Below, one piece after another: positions 25,701-37,280 of a DNA stretch of 64,000 nucleotides (positions are counted from its first letter, which is position 1; each line of letters opens with the position of its first letter). Source of the DNA: Camelus dromedarius (Eukaryota). The stretch is from contig NC_087442.1 in the NCBI RefSeq assembly GCF_036321535.1, forward strand, positions 25,854,001 through 25,918,000. The letters are read 5' to 3'. The notes beneath the pieces are model-generated. The model was not told the origin of the DNA, made no database searches, and saw nothing but the letters and a program-made list of their open reading frames with translations. The position numbers and the translations under genes were made by a program.

Positions 25701-26720
25701 GTATATTATTTTTTCTTTCTGCCATTTATTCTGTCATGTTTTTTTTTAATCTCTAGAAATTTTATTGTAATCTTTAAAAATTTTTAAATATCTTCCATGT
25801 CTCTACATAACTTTTTGAATACATGAAATACAGTTTAACTGTTTTAGTGTTCCTGTATGATAATTCTAACATATGTGTCGGTTTTGAGTTGGTTCTACTC
25901 AATTGATTTATTTCCTATTTACGAGTCGTATTTCCTGCTTCTTTGTATAATTTTAGATTGGCAATTTGAATTTCAACAGGATTTGTGAATTTTACATTGT
26001 TGGGTGTTATTTATGTTAGTATTTTTATAAACATTATTGAGCTTTGTTCTGTGATGTGGTTACATTTCTTGGGAAATTGATTATATCTGGTATTACTTTT
26101 AAGATTTGTTAGGGACCAGAGCAGTGCTTATTTGTAGGCTAATAATTTTCCATTTACTTCCAGATGGTAAAATTTTCCATTTTACCACAAGGTAAAAAAA
26201 CTTGTGTGTACTGCCATTTCTCAATTTTTGAGGTTATTCAGTTTGCTGGGTGGGAGCAGGCACTATTCACTGCCTTGTGTAAGCACTGGGCACTGTTACC
26301 TAAATTATTTGGGTGGTTCTTTCCCAAGCCTCATGCAGTTTTCTCAGTGTATGCACTGATCAGTACACGGGTGAATACTTCCAGAGGGTGCCTTACAAAT
26401 CTTCAGGCGCTATGATATTCTCTCTCTGTGCCGTTTCTCCTTTTGGTCCTCTTTCCTCAGAACTCCGGGTGCCCTGGTCTCTTGGGAATGTCAGTTCCAT
26501 CTCCTCAACTCAGGGAGTCTCCAGTCTCCACCTGATTTCTTCCTTCCTGTATTACAGTCTAGAAGCTCTCTCAAGACAGTCATAGGGCTCATCGCATTGT
26601 TTCCCATCTTTCAAGGATCACTGTCTTCTGTTGCCTGATGTCGGTGCCTTGCAAACCATTGTTTCATATATTTTCATTTTTTGTTATTTCAGATGGGAGA
26701 TAGATCTTGTCCCTGTTTCT
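22756..26720 (-). mobile_element. Long old L1 (L1MD/ME-type) fragment, ORF2 to ORF1/5' region, antisense
   Basis: About 4 kb of T-rich antisense L1 text (ccttctattcctactttgctaagag, ccagtgaagccttctgtgcctggag, gattgaaatctcctactattg, ttctcgtaagaaatttgcc, caaatttggaatatttttagg), with a (GT)n insert near 23240. Confidence 0.85.
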
Positions 26721-27859
26721 CCATGTTGGGTGGAAGTAGAAGTCTTATGTTTTTATAAAGAGAAAATATAACAACAATTTCAAACAACTGACTAGGGATC
26801 AAATTTTGAAACATCAACTGTTTTTAATTCAGGTATTGGCTGTATAGTCAGCTCTTTCATTCAGAATGAGAAAACTAAGATAATTTCACTGTGTTGTGCG
26901 ATAAGAATTGTTTATGGCGAGCCCTTATGTTACCTAAAATAAGCTGAAATATCTTTTGAGACATGAAAAACACGTCAGACTATTTTGCCAGAGTTTTATG
27001 GTTCCAAATTATCTTGCATCCTAATATCATGCATATGATAACTCTCACTTCAAGAGAATACTTGTATCAATTTTCAGCTATTTAGGATAAAGTTCAGGAG
27101 TAACTGCTCTAAAGATCTCAATTATTTTATACTCCTTTCTAACAAGTTTATTTTCTCTTCACTCTCTGTCTCTCCTGAGTGGGTTTTATTAGCATTGATA
27201 GTGAAAGCAAAAGATCATAGTATTGAGTTTTAGGTTTCTTGCCCTTTTTCTTTCCTCAATTTTTTTTTTTTTTGCTAGAGCGTATTTTTAATGTACTACT
27301 CCTTCCTAAATGTTTTTCTAAAGTATTAATAAATTATATGCTACAGTGTTGATATCAGTATGCAAAGAGGTATTTTGTTTTTGGAAGCAATAAGATCGTT
27401 CATCAAATGGTATTCATTTTACAAGATTTTATAGATGCTTGCATATATGTACATAATTGTTTGTACCTCTCCACAGGAAGAATTAACATGTTACTAAGCA
27501 ACAATGACCGCATAACAATAGATGCATAAAATCCTGGTGGGTGTTAGTTTTTACCTGTGTTTTAGCTTTTGAAGGCAAGATATGCCTTTAAAAAAAAATG
27601 GCTTGTAGCAATAACATAGGTTAAGTAGAGGAGAGATGCAGAGAAATTGGTAACAGTAATGTCTAAAACTAGCAAATTTAACTCTCAAAATAGAACACAG
27701 ATGTTTGGGTGGCATCTACATAAGTCAGTGATGGCCATTCCATAGCCACTTTGTGTCGGGACAGCTGTTGATTGAATTTGAAGGTGAATATTTAGAGAAC
27801 TGTCTCCATGTTACTATTTCTCATGTATACCCGAAGATGAACATTCACCGCTAAATGGC

Positions 27860-27921
27860 AATGACAACGACATGGTGGAGGTCTTTCCCAGGAAGGCCCC
27901 GTAGGGTCCTGCTCTGTTTCA
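27860..27921 (-). mobile_element. Short 5' fragment of an ERV1-type LTR
   Basis: Reverse complement starts TGAAACAGAGCAGGACCCTACGGGGCCTTCCTGGG, like laurasiatherian ERV1 LTR starts, then similarity stops. Confidence 0.4.
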
Positions 27922-28688
27922 GCTGTACCTTTATATATGTTTTATACACAGGGATTCTGTGAAAGCTTTCACTTCAAAAAAAGTTTTGGACTTTCCTGGA
28001 AAAATCTGAGAATAGTTCTTTCAGAGTTAGAGAACCAAAATAAACATTTAATTCCTAATTAATAGAATTACTAAGAACCCTGAAGGTCTTTTGTATCACC
28101 CAATAGTGGCTGATACAAAAGAAGACAAGAAATAATTAGAATGTAGATAAGTAACTGTATTTTGAATTGATAAATTAAAGGAAATTATTCTATCAATCTG
28201 TGAATTCAAGATAATTCTTAAATACTAGGTGGATAATTTTTGATTCTTAGCATTGAACTTTGCCAGTGTTTGAGAAATACAAGGATAAGACCACCCTTAT
28301 TTCCCTGTTGGCTTTTACCAGTTTAAACGTATATGTCAAATTATTTGGAGTCACCAGTTGGTCATTTTTTTAGTTACTCTTTTAAAAAGCTGTATGAACA
28401 ATTTGAAGAGTCTTTGCCAGCTTGAAGCACTTGCTTGTGTTTGGGAATATACTGATAACTAAAGGAGAGAGACTAAATCCAGAGAACATGTTATATGTCT
28501 GATACAATCTCACTTGAGGTCTGTTTAAATGAGATAGGTGCAAAACATAGTGTTACTCCATTACAGGCCAGGCTCCTCAAAGTGCTTGAAAAGCTTGCGT
28601 GAGAATGCGAATCAACTCTCTAGATCCTTCACTGGGAGAGTCTTAAGGTGGAAAATTGTCAGCTGAACTAGACAGTGTGCTTAGTGAT

Positions 28689-29556
28689 TGCAGTGGACTG
28701 AACGTTTCTGTCCTCTCAAAATCCGTATGTTGAAATCCTAACCCCCGAGGGGATGGCATTAAGAGGTGGAGCCCTTAGGAGTGACTAGATCTTGAGAGAA
28801 GAGCCCTCATGAACGGAATCAGAGCTCTTATAAAGGAATCCCAAGAAAACCTTTGCCCCTTTAGCCATGTGAGGCTACAGCAAAAAGGCGACTGTCTAGA
28901 AGTGGGCTCTCACCAGACATGAGTCTCCCACATCTTGATCTTGGACTTCCAGCCACTAGAATTGTGAGAAATAAGTCTCTATTGTTTATAAGCTACCCAA
29001 TCTGTGATATTTTGCTATGGCAGCTGTCAGGGAGGAAGACACTTCCTTCTACCCTTCTAGGTTCTTCTGGCTGGTCTAAAAATTAAACTGGCATGAGACA
29101 GATTTACAGGAGAAAATCAAACAAATGTTTAATAACACATATACATGGGAGACACCCAAGAAGACCAAGTAACTTGCCGATACGGCTGAAACCTTCACCT
29201 TTAACTATAGACAAGAGAAGACGTTGAGGATAGTGGTTTGGGAACTCAAAGAGGAGGAAGTCAATTGACATAGAGGTAGAAGAGCAAACGTTTGGTAAAC
29301 AAATGTCTGTTAGGCCATACGGAGACAAGGAGACACAGAGAGGAACCAATTTTTCTAGGCTTCCTCCTGTCTGCACAAGGCAGCTCCAGTCCCGGAACTG
29401 TCCCTCTAGCTACTTTATTCAGATGGAGGAAGATCAGAATTTCTTCCTGAATCTTTTGCGCCTTAATTACTTTCAGCTCAAAATAATTTGCATGCCAAAG
29501 AGACATTCTGGGGTGGCAAATTTTGCTCCCCTACGTAGCCCAAATGGACTAAGACA
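28689..29556 (+). mobile_element. MLT1A-like MaLR LTR split by an ERV1 LTR
   Basis: tgcagtggactgaacgtttctgtcc...gtatgttgaaatcctaacccc...ttgtttataagctaccc...tatggcagc | insert | ccaaatggactaagaca. 5-bp TSD GTGAT (28684-28688) / GTGAC (29557-29561). Confidence 0.85.
29025..29535 (-). mobile_element. ERV1 solo LTR (MER34/MER39-related) nested in MLT1A
   Basis: Reverse complement begins (C)GTAGGGGAGCAAAATTTGCCACCCCAGAATGTCTCTTTGGCATG..ATTATTTTGAGCTGAA. Probable 4-bp TSD CAGC / TAGC. Confidence 0.8.
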
Positions 29557-32500
29557 GTGACATGCATCGTTTACATTCTGACACAAGCTCATTATCTCAT
29601 TGCAGACTAACAACAAGGCAGTTCACAGACAAGAAGCTGGTCTGCAGACTGCACTTTGAATAGCACTAATGTCAAACGTCCTATAGAAACTATCTCTGAC
29701 TCTTGAGTTCTCCACAGACCTAGATATTAAGACTTCAAGCCATGATCTTATCAGCAGTGCTGAAGAGGAAAGAGTTTCTTTCCCATAAATGCTGTGAAAG
29801 TAGAAGTTTTAGGAAAAAAATACCAGGTCACAATGGTAGAGATGACATGCAATGTGCTAAATATGCCTGGTATGAGTCCCAGCCCACCTAGCTGTCAAGT
29901 ACCTGCGGCCACAGGAGAGAGGATGACCACGTGAAGAGGTTAAAGTGCCAGACATCACGCAGGGTATTTGTGGTAAAGATTTAGAGATTCAGAATTTAAT
30001 TAGGGGACTATGTAAAGGGAGGCTGTATGGCGTGACAGTTCTGTGTGTGAGGAGAGTTAAAGAAACTAGTGACCAAACTTCCCTGCTGTGAAAATTCAGA
30101 AGATGAATATAACCTCACTAAACTTCAGTTTCTTTGTCTATAGACCAGGAGTAATGATAATCAGACCTACCTAATAGAGTTGTAGTGAGGATTAAATAAA
30201 ATATGCATGAAATGCACCCAGCATAGAGCATGCTTAATGCATGTTAGTTATTGTAATTTTTTTTTTGCATCCAACTAAAGGACTTTCTACAGTACTTGAA
30301 AATAAATCATAGATATTCTTAAGTGTTACTAAATGATCAGGAAGAAAATGTATGATATAGAGGGAAAGGGTCACACCAAGCTTCAGAGTTTATATTATTT
30401 AAGGATATACACTTATTAAAGGTAAAAAAATTCTATACCTAGGTTTAGTAAGCTGAAAACAGCAGAGATGCAAACTAATGTGTTTCAGACTCAATGAATC
30501 CTGAAGATTTCCAGAGAAAAAATAGGTTCTTCCTTTGAAATTTTCTACTTAACGGTGGTTGTAGTCACCTAGTAAAAAATCATTTACAGGTCGCTCATCT
30601 AAGTCTACTTCTGGCTGCTTTTCTAAAGGTTGCAATTTCAGGAAAATAGCCTCTTTATTTGCAATAACAGTTTCCTCTGTATCAGTAGAGACTCTTAACT
30701 TCAGATGGTAGTGAAATAGCACTCACTGATAGAGACAAAGAGTGTACAATGTCATTATATACCAGGGAAAAGTATCCTCAAACATAAATCCCGTGACATC
30801 AGAGCTGTGCTGGGAAACTCTAGGAGGAGACTCATCCAAGGGCTTAGCATGAAATGAATAATGGCTAAGCCACCAAAGAGGGAAATACCAACAACATTAG
30901 CTTTCGCTTGGTTCCACTGGGAGGAGTCTAATTGGAACCAGCCTTAGGCAGATACAACAGGTGCACTGAGGTCCTGACTGCCACGCCTACAGCCACAAAG
31001 AGAAAAATGGTGCCCTCTTCCCACCAACCAGGTGCTCCCAAGTCTAAGCCTGGTGAAGATGAACTGGTGCTCAAAGAGATCAGCTCTTAGGGAAAGCACT
31101 TGAGAGCCAGGGTGTCAGCGACATCAGAATGACACAGAAATGTCACTGTATCCAAGCTCTAGCCACGTCCCACTGCTGGGAGAGGGGCAGACTGCTGTAG
31201 ATTGGAGAGCGTGTCATCACATAGCAGCATCTCTCCCTTGCTCCCTTTTTCTCTGACTTACCGCATGACCACCATTCCCCCCGTTCTGTATTTTACACTG
31301 TCTCCTCCAGTAACTTTTCACCGTAGTCATACTGGTGTTAAAAAGGCATCACTTTGTGAGAGTTTGCTCAGGAAGATTCACTCTCACTTTATTCCAGACG
31401 CTGTCTACATGTTGCCTCTTCCAGGACTTCCCTGGCCACCCTCTTTAAATATCACACCCTCACCTCTGCATTCACTGGAAATCCTTTTCCTACTTTCTGT
31501 TTCTCTTAAAATTTTGTTAGTACCCTGTGTTATTTCTGGCTTATCCATACAATTCAATCAGCGCCTAAAAAGTACTGATTCTACAAAACAAGGATTTAAG
31601 ACTTCAAGATCCAGTGCTTTTAAGTCTGTTAGGAACTGTGTTTCTTCAAGTGTGGTTCTTCTATAGTCAGTGTCTCTTCCTCAAATATATCCCTATGACT
31701 ATTCCTCTGCTACCCCCTTGTAGCAGATGTCTTGCTATAGATTGGGTCAGAGGAGGCTTGGAAAAGAGGCTGCTTGAGTTTTTGTGACAAGCTCCATAGC
31801 TGCTCCTAGTGCTTAAGGGTTTAAGGTTTCTACCACCATTTATAAAGAGCTGTTATATCTAGTTACATAATATTTAGAGGCATATGCCTTCTAAGTCCAG
31901 TTCTGCAGCTATTGACAGAGAAAAGGGTGTACAGGTGTTGTTCTGGGAGCTGACTGTTTTCTTCAGCTAAGATTGTCTGAATGGCACTTCCTGATGAGTC
32001 ATGGAGTCTATGGGCAGGGTGCTCACATGTCATTACCAAGGTTACTGAAGCACTCTGCCTTCTGAGAGCATTTTCAACAAGGCTGGCTCTGTAAAGAAAC
32101 AGACAAGGCAGCAATTTTGTTTAATTTGGGGGCCCTCAAAAGGCTAGTCTGAATACAGATTTTATTCGCACTTACTTGATCTGGAATTCCTACCATGGTC
32201 ACCTTCTAAAGATACACATCTCCTAAATAAATAAAGATTTTTTTTCCCTCTAAACACTAGAATTACAAATTAGCTAGCTGATACATTAGCAGGGGTTAGT
32301 CGCCTGATCAATATTTCATCAGGTCTTTCTTCAATCGGGGGAGCTCAGGTATCTGACATCCGAAGCAAAGTGGTAGTTGATGATGAGGTTAAATAAGACA
32401 TTGTATGTAGAACACTCAGCATTTAAAAGGTGTTGAAAAAAATAATAGCTCTCATTATAATCAGAGGGAAAAACAGAATAAATGATTACTAGGTTTCTAA

Positions 32501-33745
32501 GGCAGGCTAAAAACCTGTTTATGATATTATCCCTCAAATTCTGTGTAATGGTTATGAGGACCAGAAAGTTGCTACCACACACACTTCTGCAGTCCCCAGA
32601 TCTCTTAAAAAGAAGCTCCAGGTGGTTTTATCTTTACCATTTCTAATTCTAAACTATTCACACAGAGATGTAAATGATTAATGTCAAATCAGTCTTTGAT
32701 ATGGAGAAGAGAGCACAAAAATACCAGGTAAATTACAGGGGACAGGTGCGCAGGGGGAAAAGCAATGTCAATTTCTTCTCACTTCGGTCTAAGGCGGACT
32801 TTATTTCCTTTTCCTTTTGACTTAGCCTCAAGTGTTTCAGTCACCGAGGGCCCTGCCCAGTGACTCAGTAAACCTAGTTTTCCTGAATGCTAGCGTTTCC
32901 TTGAGGCTTGCCAGCTGAAGACTGCAGTTGACTTCTTATTTCAGAAGACTCCTCAGTTTCCTTGTTACTATTATGATTTACCCCCATGCTAGCTAATTTC
33001 TAAAGTGAAGATGCAGCAGAATGAGTAATGCAAATGCTTGAGCAGTTTCTCTGATGATTGATATTCTGAGATAACAACAGGGGACTTGCTTTCCCTTTGG
33101 TTTTTGTAGGCTGGAAGCAACAGCATTGATCCATAGGTTCTAATCTTTCTGGAACTATGACATTCATGCCCAGTGGGCTCCCCTTATGCAGACTTTGTGA
33201 CCAAAAGGGTTAACAAACATATGCCATTCGTAGGACTCTGATTAGAGAAGGAAATGTATTTCTATGTAGGCCACTGGATGGGGCCCCCTTTCCTGTGAGA
33301 GAGAAGATCCAGTTTCCTCTGGAAGAGCACCAAAGCAGACTCCCTTCATCGAACTTACTGATGCCCCATGTCCTTCAGAGTTCTGGCCAGGAGTTAGGAT
33401 GCTAGGTTCCTTCCATCTCAAGCTGTTACCCCTGAGCAGTCACTCAACCTCTGAGACCTGGTCCCCTCAGCTGTAAAATGAGCATGGTGTCTACAGCAGC
33501 TACTTTACTAATTGTTAAGAAAATCATCTGGGATAATATATGAACTTTTATTCAAGAAGCATTATGGAACAGGTTGTGTTAGCCACTCTTCTGGGCACGG
33601 AGGGTACAGCAGTGAATAAAGCAGAGTCCCTTCCCTCAGCTGGAGTCAGACGTGGAAATAATGGCTGCTCATCATCGTAAGCAGTGTCTAGACATGCAAC
33701 AGACATTGGTTAGGTTCAGATAGAAAATTGGTTATTAAAATTGTG

Positions 33746-33880
33746 NNNNNNNNNNNNNNNNNNNNNNNNNNNNNNNNNNNNNNNNNNNNNNNNNNNNNNN
33801 NNNNNNNNNNNNNNNNNNNNNNNNNNNNNNNNNNNNNNNNNNNNNNNNNNNNNNNNNNNNNNNNNNNNNNNNNNNNNNNT
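33746..33880. other. Assembly gap (N run) at an L1 5' boundary
   Basis: 135 N bases. Confidence 1.
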
Positions 33881-34266
33881 TCTAAGTGAAGTAAGCCAGA
33901 AAGAGAAAGAAAAACACCATATGATATCACTCATGTATGGAATCTAAAAAACTGACACAAATGAACTTATTTATAAAACAGAAACAGACTCACAGACATA
34001 GAAAACAAACTTATATTTACCAGGGGGCAAAGGGGGTGGGAAGGGGTAAACTGGGAGTTCAAGATTTGCAGATACACACTACTATATATAAAATAAGTAA
34101 GGACCTACTGTATAGCACAGGGAACTAAATTCAATATCTTGCAGTAACCTATAATGAAAAAAGAATATGAAAAGTAATGTATATATGTACATGTATGACT
34201 GAAACATTATACTGTACACCACAAATTGACATTACATTGTAAACTGACTATACTTCAATAAAAAGA
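33881..34266 (+). mobile_element. Young cetartiodactyl/camelid L1 3' end
   Basis: ctaagtgaagtaagccagaaagagaaag...acagactcacagacatagaaaacaaactt...ggacctactgtatagcacagggaacta...gactatacttcaataaaaa. Confidence 0.9.
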
Positions 34267-36994
34267 AGTGAATTTAATTAGAACATCACATGAGTGATAC
34301 ACATATAACTTTAATGTACCCATGTAAATATACATTTATTGGTCAATCTTTTAATATTGTATATAGTTCCTTTGAGTACTGATTAAAGTTCTGACTTCCC
34401 TTTCTTCCATAAACTATACCTATAAGACATTCTGTATGACACCTAGTAATTACAATTTTCTTAGAATAGAATGAGAGTTTAAAGGCACTTGTAAAACAAA
34501 CTTATAAAGACACTTATAGAATCCTGTCACATTTTTTGTGATTTTTTTCCTTTGATTTTTTATTATTGGCTAACCCATATCTCACTCACTGGATATTTTT
34601 CTTACAGGCTTATCCACAAGGTAACTTGGTTTTCATTCCATTTATATTTCATTGGCTTACATCTTGAATAAATAATGAAGGTATTAGATACGAATGGCAT
34701 ACAGAAGGTTGGGAAGGAATCAACTGCCTTTGGATGAGCACAGAAGTCACTGGCAGAGGCCAAAGGATGCAAGTACACTGGAAAGAGATGGCCCGTCAGG
34801 TGCTGTGAGCAGGCACGGGCAACAGTCCGTGCGCTTGCTGGGGGAGTGGAGGAGGTATTGGTGGATTCAGCACACTGCTGCGCTGGTTCAATCAAGATTG
34901 GTTAAGACACCTTTACCCTACGTACAAAGTGCTCTGAGGGCACAGTGGAGCTACTGAATATTTCTGCTTGGATTTGCTCTGAGATAGCCACCACAGAGAA
35001 CGTGTTATTTGCAGCCGATCTTAAAGGAGTTCAACAGGTTAAAGAAAAAAATGCAAGTTGCGGAGCCAGCAAGGGGCAGGCGGGCTTTCACAGTGAGGAG
35101 ACAGTACGTGGAAGAACCGTGGAAATAGGTGTCAGCCACGCTGGCCAATGCCCACTTGAGAAATGTGGCCAAAGACTAGGCTGCCCCAAATCAAGTGGAC
35201 AGATAGGTATGATTTTAATCTCTATGTTCAATTTTTCAGTGACTCTCCACTATTCATGCTTAAACATCTAAGCTCTATGAACATTTAGCTCATTTTCATG
35301 TCACATTGCTAAAATTTCTGATCAGGTTCATCTACAAAACCTCCTTCCATTGATAGGAGGGGAGGGAGGCCCGGAAGAGCATCAATATGAGCACATTCCT
35401 AGCCTGTGGGACCCAGGGAGACTCCATCACTATGGACTGAGAAGACTAAAGTTGCATTCTTACCCACAGAATGTGCAAGCTTCCTCCACTCATCCTGCTG
35501 AGGAAGTATGACTACAAAAAACGTGTTGCATAACACCTTGTACTGTTAGAAGGTTGACCTTTACCCACCAAGCCTTCCTTTAGGGATCACTCGTTACCTA
35601 ACTCAAATCTATCTCCTTTTTTCAAAACAGGCTCAAATGCTGCCTATCCATAGACAGTGTGTCCTGAACTCTGTCTCTTAGTCTGATAGCATTACTCATC
35701 CCTTTGCCCTCCCAGGCGTGTCTCCTGAACCTCTGTTAGAGCAGTTTCTTCATTCTGCCTTGTGCCGAGGGCTATGGGATGCATCATATCTGTGTCTCGG
35801 GCTTGTGAGCTTCCTAGACTCTGAATCTTTACTCCCAGTAGCATCTTCCACAGTGTAGTCAGTAGTTTCATGTTTAAGTACTTACTTCCTCAAGTGAAGA
35901 AATGAAGATAAGAGTAAGAGGTCTTGGTCGTCTGGAAGAGAAGATCAGCTGCGTTTATGAAACATGTTCCCAGAAATGATGGCAAGAGTCGGCAAGAACA
36001 AAGAATTTGGGGGAGGTATGAGGAGATTAGAGGTCTGGAAAACAGGACCTTTGAGAAAAGGTCAGAGGAACTGGGATGGTTTAGCATGGGAATGAGAGAA
36101 TTTAAGGGAGTTAATAAGATCATAATAATAAGTTAATACTAAGAGGCTTTAATTATATACATTAAACAGCTAAGCAAATGAAGATTCCCAGCTGTTTTCT
36201 GGCTCTGCTGAGGATGAAACCAAGAGACACACAATATAGCTTGTCTACTTTTCTTTCACATATTTTTTAACATTAGGGTCTTTTCTCTGTCTAGACTGTT
36301 TCTGTGCAACTCTGTAGAAAAAAAGGGAGCAATGGTACTCTACAGGCCATTAGGATTTTATTAGGCTGGGATGTGACCATCAGATTGGTCAGTATCTGGG
36401 CTATTGTCCATGTGTCTGAAATTCATTTAAACATTAGTGGGTGTTGATACCGCCTTCTAGGACTCTCCCATTGTACCATCACCTGGTCGGGATGTGTGCG
36501 GGGCCCCAGCTGCCTCTCACGGATGTGTGCTCTGTGTGCAAGTGTGTCTAATGGCCACGAGGAGCCTGGGCCCGGGGTGGCCGTGCTCTCTCCTGAGGTC
36601 ACTTTATGTTGGCAGTGGTTTAGATGAGGAAAAGAGAACCCCCATGGGGGTGCTGCACAATTATCCAGGATGTGATAAAAGAAACCCTGAGAATGTTCTT
36701 CTCTTACCAGAATGAGAAGGCTGGTTACTGTCACTCAGGAGATTGGGGGAACAGGTGGAGTCACCCTTAACTGTTCAGTCAGCCTGCACCGGTACCATAG
36801 AACTAGACGTTCCTTGAAAAATCACTTAGACCAGAATGTGAAAGCTATTTTTCACGTGATTATTAATTCTGTCTTAAGGAGTGATCACTACTAACAAATA
36901 CAGTTTTGCTATTAAAATGGAGCAGAATCCAGTCTTATTTGTGCGGTTGCATGTTTGGTGTGTGTGTGCACGCGTATGTGTGAACTGCATATTT

Positions 36995-37280
36995 ATTTGT
37001 GGTTAGAAGACAAAGCCTCATAGCTGTGAAAGAGGTAGGCTGACCCCAGAGGTAGCTAGTGCAGAGGGAAATCATTTGCATAAATACTTTTCCCTACCCG
37101 GGGCAGATTTGCGACTCATCACTAAGGAGCTGGAGTGGAGAGGGCGACGCGAGGGAGAGAGGATTACTTCTTTCACTTCCGCAGTAGGTTGACCTCACTC
37201 TTCCCTTGAATAAGTGAGTCTGTGGTGGTGCCAGCATTCATGGTTTTCCACAACCTGAGTTGTACAGAGAACCACAGCTA
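36995..37280. promoter_or_regulatory. Candidate haematopoietic enhancer or promoter
   Basis: Octamer ATTTGCAT 37074-37081, perfect EICE TTTCACTTCC (reverse GGAAGTGAAA) 37171-37180, RUNX sites at 36998, 37221 and 37270, and locally retained CpGs in repeat-free DNA. Confidence 0.55.

Noticed and set aside
25347-25787. 146-aa hydrophobic ORF resembling a membrane protein
   Set aside because: Antisense L1 is T-rich and yields Phe/Leu/Ile-rich spurious ORFs.
31202-31666. 154-aa ORF
   Set aside because: TTG start, low-complexity Ser/Leu/Pro composition, overlaps sense-L2-like pyrimidine-rich text; no domain recognised.
33688-33947. ORFs containing X runs (also 46539-47926)
   Set aside because: Artefacts of translating across N gaps.
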